Shown here in pieces: positions 47,881 to 64,000 of a stretch of DNA of 64,000 nucleotides (its first letter is position 1; each line of letters begins with the position of its first letter). The notes beneath the pieces are model-generated. The model saw only the letters and a list, made by a program, of their open reading frames with translations, searched no databases and had not been told where the DNA came from. This DNA comes from Prorocentrum cordatum. Taxonomy: Eukaryota. The stretch lies in assembly GCA_963575745.1 (NCBI GenBank), contig CAUYUJ010000281.1:372001-436000 (forward strand). The letters run 5' to 3'. Both the position numbers and the translations under genes were made by a program.

Positions 47881-48654
47881 ACACGACGCTCGCACGCGCG
47901 CCCAGGCGCGGCCCCTCTGTGGACTCTGTGGTGGCGCCGGCGGCACCAAACGTTCGGGTTGAAACAGCAGAAACCGTGCACAGTGCAGCGCGCACTTGAT
48001 GGGAGGAGGGGGAGGAAATGGAGGGTGGAGGGGGCGGGGGGGGGAAAGGAGGAGGAGGGGGAAGAGGAGGAGGACGAGGAGGAGGAGGAGGAGGAGAAGG
48101 AGGAGGAGGAGGGTTGGGAGAGGGGGACGAGGCAAGGGCGGGGGGCGGAGGAGGACTGATGGCATGAGAGGCGGGCTGGAAATGGAGGTGGAAAGGGAGA
48201 GGGAGGGAGGGAGGCTGGAGCGGGAAGCGACTACCGCGGGGCTTCGGGCGCTGGGTCCGCCCGCCAAAATGGGGCGCATCGCACGCTCCGACCTCGCGCA
48301 CGAACCTGCCGCAAGGGTGCAGCCCGAACGGCCGAGGCGCTGTCGCTCCGCAGCCCAGCCGCAGCGCTCCCAGGCCATCCCGAAGACGGGGGATGCCGAT
48401 GCCGCGGCGACGACGGCATGCAGACCGTTTGACGGCGCGCTCAAGGGTGTGGCGTGAGGGGGCAGCCGCTTTCGGAGGCGTAGGGGGGTCTCTAAGCAAG
48501 CAGGTGGCTTACTGGAAGCCCTGCCGTCTTCTCAGAAACAGTCTTGGAAGCCTCTGGGCCCTTCTGAGAGGACCCGTTCCTTCTAAGAGGCCCCGCCGCC
48601 TTCTTGAAAGGCCGCCGCCCTCACGCCACCCCCTTGTGCGCGCCGCGAATGCTC

Positions 48655-50254
48655 TCACCACGTCTTCGACTTCTGGAAGAGGCCGGCCTGGCTGGTCTCC
48701 AGCACGCACCACGCGCGCCGCTTCTGCCCCTCCGTGAAGCCCACCATGCACATGTCCGGCGAGTAGTCCATGAAGTTGTGGACCGGGTCGGCGCCACTGC
48801 CGCAGGAGCTGTCGCGGACGCACTGGTAATGCGGCATCATCTCCTTCTCCGTGTCGTCGATGTAGTCGCCGTCTCTCGAGCAGCCGCCCTCGAAGGTGTG
48901 GTACAAGCCAAATCCATGCCCAGCCTCATGCACCACTGTGTCCCCCTCATCGTACATCATGTCCCCCTGGTGCCGTGAAGCATGGCCACGGAACCCCACG
49001 GACGACACCACGACCATGATCTGGCCATGCGGGAACATGGTCTGGCCCAAGAAGCCAGACTGGTCGTCCGTGATAATGACGACAGTAAAATCATCCCCCG
49101 CGTTCTGGTTGTACTTCTGCACCATCCGCGACTGCGTGAACCCCTCGCGCGCACACGCGCTGTCGGTCACGATGGTGATGTTCATGAGCTTGAAGCTGAT
49201 CTGCATGTCCACGGAGGGCGGGTGCTTGCTGTCAAAGTCCATGTGTTGCCATGGCGACCTGCCGGCAAAGGCCTCGTTGGCCCACCTGTTCTGCTCCCTC
49301 ACGTGCTCCTCGGTGATAGAGTCGTCTTCGTTCGATTTCTTGCACACTACGTACCTGGTCGGGATCTCCAGCCTGTGAGCCTTGGGCACCTCGGGCAGGT
49401 CACGGCCGCACTCGGCCCCCCTTATGGCACCCTCCCTGGAACTCCCGCCGATGTGCGGCTTCGCGTGCGTGATGTGGTAGGACCACTTGTCCGGCAGCCC
49501 GACGGCACCGTGGGTCCCGTCTTAGGTCGGGCATGTCCTGCTACAGGCGGATTGCGAGAAGAAATACAAAACAAGTCAGACAATAGTCAAACCAATGCAT
49601 AAAAAAAACGGCACATCGTCACCAGACTTGTGTTTCTACTGTGCTTGAGTACTCCTCCTGTTGAGGGACATGCCCGACTTAAGTCTCGTAGATTTCGACG
49701 CCAGCCGTGCCGCCGAGGCTGGTCACGTGGAAGCAGCCCCTGGAGCCTCGCAGGGAGCCGGGGCCGCAGGAAGGCGGGAGCCTCAAGCCAGATAGCGATG
49801 TCTCGTTGCAGCCAGGGTAATACGAATTGGCGATCATCTCGCCAAAAAGCGGCGGGAACGGGTGCTCCACGTGCTGGTAGAACGACGCCCAGACCTTGTC
49901 GCTGGGGAGGTACAGGCACCCACCCTGGCGCAGCGCGGGGGCATGAGGGTGCGACATGACAAACTGCAGGATGTGCCTCGAGTGGCGCATGGTCTGAGAC
50001 CCGCTCAGCAGCTGCCCCACCCCGCGGTAAATCTGCCTGTGCTGCTCGAGTTCGTCAGCGTCCTGGAGGTCGCTGTGCCTCTCGTACACGGCTCTCTGCT
50101 CAGGACGACCATGTTCAGCCTGATTCGTTGCCTCAACGCTGGTGTCAACCTCGGCCTGCTGGTGCGTCGGGTCCAGCTCCCTCATGGACAGCGCGTCGGT
50201 CAGACCGGCCCGCAGCCAGAGCAGCGCCAGCACCCTCAAAGCAGAAATCGCCAT
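48655..50254 (-). CDS. Secreted M43 zinc metalloprotease, copy 2; join 50254-49684 + 49520-48655, ~478 aa
   Basis: Paralog of copy 1 with the same [13 protein letters not shown] and NFMDY motifs, 6-aa in-frame deletion; in frame after removing 49521-49683. Confidence 0.88.
49521..49683. mobile_element. MITE family B interrupting M43 copy 2 (putative introner intron)
   Basis: Same TIRs and position as 37190-37351, diverged interior; flanks tcccgt / tctcgt. Confidence 0.85.
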
Positions 50255-50769
50255 CGGCCTGCAGGCCTACATGTACTGAGTGTTGCGGTGCTTAGAGATA
50301 GCCTGGCGCCTCCGAGATCGTCTCGAACATCTGGGTGATTTGAACGCTCAGGCTACAGTTGAGATGGGGAGGAGGATTGGGGGGGGAGGAGACGCTTGTG
50401 AGAGAATTCAATATGGCATAGCACTTCGAAATCGCCGTTGTACCGACCACCCCTTCCCCAAACTGGTTCACACTGCCCCCACTGCCCTTTCCGCCTCATC
50501 CTGACTCTTCTCATCATCCCTGTGTCCTCACATCGAGACCCCCAAAGGTTCCGCATGGCACGCCACCCACATGTATGGTACGACCGCAGTCAACACGCAT
50601 CATCCCCGACAGGCAGAACTTACACGAGGCGGCTGACATGGCCACTGGCACTAGCCCGCCCAGCCATTCTCTGAGACAGACACGCGCATACTCATCAGAG
50701 TGAGGGGGCTGAGCCGAACGGTCATTCACTGTCCCTGGGAGCGTGGGTGAAGTGGAATTCCACGATGCG

Positions 50770-50799
50770 GATTATTGTTACTGTTGTTGTTGCTGTTGC

Positions 50800-50849
<50 letters not shown>

Positions 50850-51008
50850 TTGTTGTTTCTGATGTCTTTTTGTTGTTTGTTGTTTGTTGTGTGTTGTGTG
50901 TTGTTTGTTTGTTGTTTGTTGTTTGTTGTTTGCTGTTTGCTGTGTGTTGTTTGTTGTTTGTTGTTTGTTGGTTGGTGTTTGTTGTTTGTTGTTTGTTGTT
51001 GTCGTCGT
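50770..51008. repeat. (GTT)n/(GTTT)n microsatellite
   Basis: Directly visible. Confidence 0.95.
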
Positions 51009-51009
51009 C

Positions 51010-51670
51010 TAACCCGCGACCCGCCTCGCGACCCACCCGCGACCCACCCCACGACCCACCCGCGACCCACCCGCGACCCACCCCGCGACCCACCTGCGAC
51101 CCACCCCGCGACCCACCCGCGATCCACCCGCGACCCACCCGCGACCCACCCCGCGACCCGCCTGCGACCCACCCCGAGACCCACACCGCGACCCACCCGC
51201 GACCCAACGGCGACCACCCGCGACCCAACCCGCGACCCACCCGCGACCACCCCGCGACCCACCCAAAATTTTCGGCGCCTGCGGCAGGCTTCTTGTTGCA
51301 TTCGTTCCAGGTGAAGAACCTGCGACCACCGCGACCCAAACCGCGCCCGCGACCCAACCGCACCGCGACCCACCCGCGACCCACCCGCGACCCCCCGCGA
51401 CCCACCGCGACCCACCCGCGACCCACCCGCGACCCACCCCGCGACCCGCCCAAAATGTTCGGCGCCTGCGGCGGGCTGCTCTTCCATTCGTTCCAAGCGG
51501 AGATCCTGCGATCCACCCACGACCCAAACCGCGTTCAGTGTACAAATCAAATTTTTCGGCGCCTGCGGCGGGCTGTTTTTGAATTCCTTCCAGGTGGAGG
51601 TGGAGAGCCCGCGACCCACTCGCGACCCAAACTACGTTCACTGAACAAGCCCGCGACCCACCCACCCGGC
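51010..51670. repeat. ~11-bp cgcgacccacc minisatellite with interspersed ggcgcctgcggc motifs
   Basis: Directly visible; ggcgcctgcggc at ~51274, ~51461, ~51558. Confidence 0.9.
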
Positions 51671-51732
51671 GCGCGCGCGCTCAGCGGAGGGGAGGAAGAG
51701 CAGGGCGAGGAGCAGGAGGAGGAAGACGACGA

Positions 51733-51768
<36 letters not shown>

Positions 51769-52603
51769 AGAGGAGGTCGACGACGAGGGCGAGGAGGAAA
51801 AGGAGGGTGGGACGGAGGGGGACGACGAGAAAGGAGGGAGGAGGAGGGGGAGGAGGAGGAGGAGGACGACGACGACGGAAAGGAGGAGGGGGAAGGATCG
51901 GGAGTGGGGAAGAAGAGGAGGAGGAGGAGGAAGATAAGGAGGAGGAGGAGGTGGAGGAGGAGGAGGAGGCGGGCGACGACGACACGACGACGACGACGAC
52001 GACGATGAGGACGATGACGCGGACGAGAAAGAGGAGGAGGAGGAGCAGGAGGAGGAGGAGGAGGGCGCCATCGACAGGGAAGGTGAGGGTCATGAGGTCC
52101 GCAGGCTCGACGCCCGCGTCGCCCGCTCCCGCCCCCTCAGTCTTATCCGCAATTGCGGGGTGCTGCGTACAGGTGTCGATGGCGGGGAACTGAGATCGGA
52201 CAGTTTTTGCAGCAGCGCAGGCACTAACTGTGTAGCGCGCGATGCCGGCCTGCCCTCTCTGGCAGAGCGCTCGAAATAACGGGGCTGGCTCAAAATGTAC
52301 CGCTGTGGCACCGAGCGCTTCGTCGGTGGACAAGCGGGCTCAGGCAACGGGCACTACACGCCAAACCCATCGCGAGCAGAGCTGACGATGCCACGGGTAG
52401 AGAAAGATGCGTCGATCAAACAAAGGGAACTCACGGGGAAGAGAACAGAAGATGAGATCAGACATCGTATTGAAAGCCTCTCAGTGGCCCGCACGTGCCC
52501 TCCCGCCGAATCGGGGAGCCTCATTCTGTCGCTCCCCGTCTCTATGTACCTGCACTGCCAGAATCCTGCTGGCCCGCACTCGCTGGGAGCGCGAGCCACG
52601 CGC

Positions 52604-58696
<6,093 letters not shown>

Positions 58697-58796
58697 NNNN
58701 NNNNNNNNNNNNNNNNNNNNNNNNNNNNNNNNNNNNNNNNNNNNNNNNNNNNNNNNNNNNNNNNNNNNNNNNNNNNNNNNNNNNNNNNNNNNNNNN
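58697..58796. other. Assembly gap (100 N)
   Basis: Run of n. Confidence 1.
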
Positions 58797-58899
58797 TCTC
58801 AAGACACCCTCCTCTCTCAGGGTCTCCAGAGGCACAAGAAGCCCCCGGAGCCGCCCCGAACAAGCCTCGGTCCACCGCGCCCAAAAAGAACCCCCTGGT

Positions 58900-59257
58900 T
58901 GTGGTTTCTGGGAGGCCCGACAAGCTGTCTGAATCCCGCCCAGCAGCTGCCAGGGGCTTCAGGACAGCCCCAAGAGGCCACGCTCTCCCAACTGAGGCTG
59001 GATATAGTGGCAAATCAGGGCCCTCCGGGAGGCCCTGCCGGGCCCTCCTGAGGCCTCCGTGGGGCTTTCTCGGGGGCCCTCGCCCTCTCGGAGCCTCCAG
59101 GGAGGCCCGACAAGCTGTCCGAATCCCACCCAGCAGCTGCCAGGGGCTTCAGGACAGCCCCAAGAGGCCACGCTCTCACAACTGAGGCTGGACATCGTGG
59201 CAAATTGGGGACCTCTGGGAAGCCCTGCCGGGCTTCCTGAGGCCTCCTTGGGGCTTT
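58900..59257. repeat. ~185-bp satellite, continued at 62003-62430
   Basis: cgacaagctgtccgaatccc...ggacagccccaagag-ccacgctctcccaactga unit, two copies on each side of the LINE insert. Confidence 0.85.
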
Positions 59258-62002
59258 TTTGGGTAGTAGTTCACAATGCCCCAGAACCACTGAAAGCACT
59301 TTTACAGGCAGAGTTTCAAGCGTCCAAGAGAAGTTGGCTGCACGAGATTCTCGATGACATGGCGTGGCTGAGGACGGCGCATTTTGAGTTTGCTGGCTGG
59401 CCTCTGCCAAACCTAAAGCCTTTTCCTTGGGTTGAGGAGGTGTCGAGGTCCCCCACCGCGTGGAAGAGAACGCTCAAGGAGGCTCTAAGCGCTGCAGCAG
59501 ATCGTTTAAAAAGGGACGTCAAGGCTAGAGCATGGGAGAGACGTGTGCTGGCAGATCTGATGTTGGCAAGTCTACCGCCGCGCAGGGATCTTCCTGTAAT
59601 TTGCCCGTCCGAGGATCAATTGCGATGTCATGTTTGCCCAACCGTGCTCATGACGGTGCGATTGCTGGATGAACACATACGCACGAATAACTATTCATAC
59701 ACAGACTTGGCCAGAGCTAGAGTCTCTACGGACTGGTGCGCGGCATGCCTTAAATGTTGTTCGTCGCGCAGTCTTTTACTAAGGCATGTCGCGTTGTGGA
59801 GACCATCTTGACTTGTCTACTATCTTCGTCACATCAACGCCATGTCAATCTCAGAACGAGAGGCCATGACGGCCCTAGAGCGTCGGCAAAATCAGGGGTT
59901 GACTCGGCAAGGGAGATCGCATTCCTACTCCGCTTTCCCGTCCCGTACCCTTCCTGGACCCCTCCTTGAGAATGCGGTGGCAGTTCGTGCCAATTACCAC
60001 CCAGCCGAGGCCTCCACGTTCATCGATGAAATAGTACAGGCTTTAACAGGTTGGAGCCTCCTCCTCCTCCTCCTCCTCCTCCTCCTCCTTGTTGGGGAAG
60101 AAGCCCCAAACGAACATGACCCTCTGCCTTTGGAGATTGGGTGGCCCTTTGTGACCGCAGAGTTTACGAGGCCCCTTGCCGTGTCGGTCCCCCGGAGGCT
60201 CATCAGAAGACACGCCTTGATTGCCAACCTTTGTTGTGTGGCATGCGCAGGGTGCAGCATGCGGTCGAAATCTCCCTGCAGCGTCGCACGCCGTCGTTCG
60301 AGCTTACAGTTTTGTCAATCGATATCCTGCTTGAGCAAGTCAGAGGGGATCTCACACGCTTGGGGTCTGTGCAGACTTGGATCAGGCATATCAAGGCTGG
60401 CCGCATTGTTGCGATGGGAGGATGACCTCCTTGCGAGACTTTTTCTGTTGCTAGGTGGAGGGAAGGAGGTCCCCCGCCGCTCCGCTCGTGGCAGGCACCG
60501 TGGGGAATCACAGGCATGCGTTCGGCACATCGTCTTCAGGCTTCGGTTGCCAATGATTTGTTGCAGGCGCATGTGGAGGTGCTGTGCCCAATTGCAATTG
60601 CACAGGGAGTCGGGTGGCTTGAGCATCCAGCCCCACCAGTGTGGGAACACAGATGCGTTCCTAGTTGGCACTTTCTTACAGTCAAGGCCCTCTTGGCAAT
60701 GGAATCTTCTAGTTTTACTGTTTTTGATCAGTGCGACTTGGGGCAAGATGGGAGGGCCCCTGCGGGGCTTCTTGGATTGAGGCTCCCATCGCTTGCGTCG
60801 AAGCTTAGGGACACCCCTGGAGGAGGGCTTTGCTCTCACGGTAAGGGGGGACAGCCCCCCTGGTCAGGATGGGACCCAGAGCTCAAGCGATGGAGAAGCG
60901 CCCCCAAGAGAGTTGATCCTCCTAGGCTCTGCTCTTTTATCGCGTCTGCCATGCTCGACTCGCTCCTTCATTCCCTTCTTGGCCAGTCGGCATTGTTCGA
61001 TGTATCGGAGAAAGAGAAAATAGACTGTGCAGAATTGCGGTCGTTTTTTTCAGTGTGCTGTTAATGATGTTCGTGATGAGTCAGTGTTGCGCTCAGGCGG
61101 TGCTCGAAGTAAGCAGCAGCAGCAGCAGAGTAGCAGCAACGCACCGGCACTGGCACGCATTTCCAGAGTTCTCGAGTCGGATGAGGTTCGAGTCCCGACG
61201 GAGTTTGAGGAACTCGAAGGTATGCATTCTGTTGCTCTCGCCTCAGCACATTTCTCTAGGGCCTTCCTTGAAGGCCAATCAGTTGCACCACCTCCCCCGC
61301 CGCCTGAGCCTCCCTCTCTTCCCCCAGAGATCCCGGCCCAAATTTCGGCCAACAGGTCGCAGGCGCTGGCTAGAAGGCGGGCCAGAGAGAGAGAGCTGCT
61401 CGTAGTATTCCTGTGTCTGGATGGGCTTTTAGCAGACAATCCAATGAGATCCAGACTCCTGTCGCTTCAACCCTGGTGCAGGGTGATCTCCACAGATGGT
61501 TTGTTGCAGCGTTGAGCAACTCATAGCCTTGAGGGGGTTTATATATGTTATGCTAGGGGGGTGGAGGTATCTATTCTTGTGATCTTGTCTATATGAACAG
61601 TATCATGAGCTGTGATCTCGTTCGAAGAGCTTCGAGATTAGGATCCTTCATCCGTTCCTTTCTTTTCTGCTCTCTTGTCCTCTCCCCCCCCATGCCGCCC
61701 GCCCGCCGACGCTGGCGGACTTCGGCACGTTCAACGTGCTGACGCTCCCCGTCAGCCGCGGCTTCGAGGAGGTGGGTGGGTAATTGAAGATTGCGAGGAG
61801 TGGGGGGCGGGGTGCGGGACTACTTCATATATGAGCGTTCTCGTCTCTCAAACCTTTGTTTCTCTTCCTTTATCTCGGGGTTCATGTCCCTGGGGTAAAA
61901 TGAGCCCGCAAAGCGGGCGCCCTGGGCTGTGTCACTCATTAGTTGCGCACCCCCCCAGCTGACGAGGTCGTGCACCTTGCTTCCGAAGAGAGTCGAACCG
62001 AG
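59258..62002 (+). mobile_element. 5'-truncated LINE-like insert with C2H2-like fingers and a cytosine-5 DNA methyltransferase-like domain
   Basis: CHVC...H, CAAC...RH fingers (59620-59800), then MTase motifs; ccttggggcttt at 59246-59257 and 62003-62014; no RT within the fragment, so LINE identity is inferred. Confidence 0.65.
60217..61064 (+). pseudogene. C5 DNA methyltransferase-like domain (frameshift ~60235, TGA at 60423-60425)
   Basis: Ordered motifs: IANL-CG (I), LSIDI (II), GDL (III), GG*PPCETFS (IV), LEHP (VI), DQCDLG (VIII), PPRLCSFIA (X). Confidence 0.75.
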
Positions 62003-62544
62003 CCTTGGGGCTTTCTCGGGGGCCCTCGTACTCTCGGAGCCTCCAGGGAGGTCCGACAAGCTGTCCGAATCCCGCCCAGCAGTTGCCAAGAGTCCCAGGA
62101 CAGCCCCAAGAGACCACGCTCTCCCAACTGATGGCTGGAGATCGTTGCAAATAGGGCCCTCTGGGAGGCCCTGCCGGGGCCTCCTGGGGCCTCCGTGGGG
62201 CTTTCTCGGGGGCCCTCGCCCTCTCGGAGCCTCCAGGGACGTCCGACAAGCTGTCCGGATCCCGCCCAGCAGCTGCCAAGGCCAAGGGTCCCAGGACAGC
62301 CCCAAGAGACCACGCTCTCCCAACTGAGGCTGGATAACGTGGCAAATCGGGGCCAACCGGGAAGCCCTACCGGGCCTCCTGAGGTCTCCTTGGGGCTTCC
62401 TCGGGGGAACCTCGCCCTCTCAGGGCCTCAGCAGGAGCTCCCTGACGTTCGCTGCATACCGTTTGGCCCTTAGAGATGGATGCCCGACCAAGGCCATCCA
62501 ACAGGGGACCTTCCACCCCTTCAGGAAGCGGATCGTCTAAGAGT

Positions 62545-63445
<901 letters not shown>

Positions 63446-64000
63446 CCCCGTGGTGGCCAGACCGGGCGGGTGCATCCTGGAAGCCCGTGCTGCGCCCGTC
63501 TCGCAAGGGTGGGCGCCCCCACCCTGCCCGCGGCAAGGCCGAGAGGCCTGCACACTCACGTGCCCAGCGCATCGCTGGTCCTGAATGTTCCTCTGGTCGG
63601 CCCTCGCCCCTCCGCCTCCTCCTCCAGCTCCTCCTTTTTTCCTCTTTTTGCCGTGGTTCCCGATGAGCCTCCTCATGACCGCGCCCAATGCTTCGTTCGT
63701 GCCTCCTCCATCCCCGCGCCATCGAGTGGGTACCCGCTGATTCCCCTGTCAGCTGAAGGGTGGCTCCTCACACTCCCTTCTACCGCCCTATCCAATCCTT
63801 TGCCTCCTCCAGCGGTCGTCGCCGCTGGAGGTGCCTGGAGGCACCGTGGCCGCGGCTGTCCAGCCCCCGAAGCTGCCCCGACATGCCGCAGCAGCTTTAT
63901 TTTGATTCGCTCCGTGCCTCCCCCGGCCTGCCCAGATGGTAGCGTGTTCAGGTCCTGTGGAGAGGCCCCATGCCGCTGGGCGGGCCTGCGGGGGGTTAGC

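Noticed and set aside
51638..52380. Possible coding segment conserved with 38390-38580
   Set aside because: Explained as part of the duplicated intergenic flank; no recognisable motifs or clear frame conservation.
63800..63960. Possible upstream amine oxidase exon
   Set aside because: No recognisable amine oxidase motif, and separated from the gene by an assembly gap.

Overview
GC-rich, repeat-saturated eukaryotic genomic DNA, almost certainly dinoflagellate. This is an inference from degenerate DinoSL spliced-leader copies, co-oriented genes and the repeat landscape. The host genes I can read are all on the minus strand: two paralogous secreted M43 (pappalysin-like) metalloproteases, the 3' four exons of a copper amine oxidase (5' end runs into a 100-N gap) and a tentative unknown multi-exon gene at the left. 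The rest is decayed non-LTR retrotransposons (APE, RT and RNase H motifs), a Gag-like relic, several MITE families (some nested) and micro/minisatellites; most listed ORFs are repeat artefacts. Three observations stand out. (1) LINEs whose 5' ends are spliced-leader-like sequences, abutting (GAG)n tracts and co-oriented with host genes. (2) A mobile CTTAG...CTAAG TIR element at the same codon in both protease paralogs, whose exact removal restores both ORFs (introner-like, donor unresolved). (3) A LINE 3' end carrying a decayed cytosine-5 DNA methyltransferase domain.
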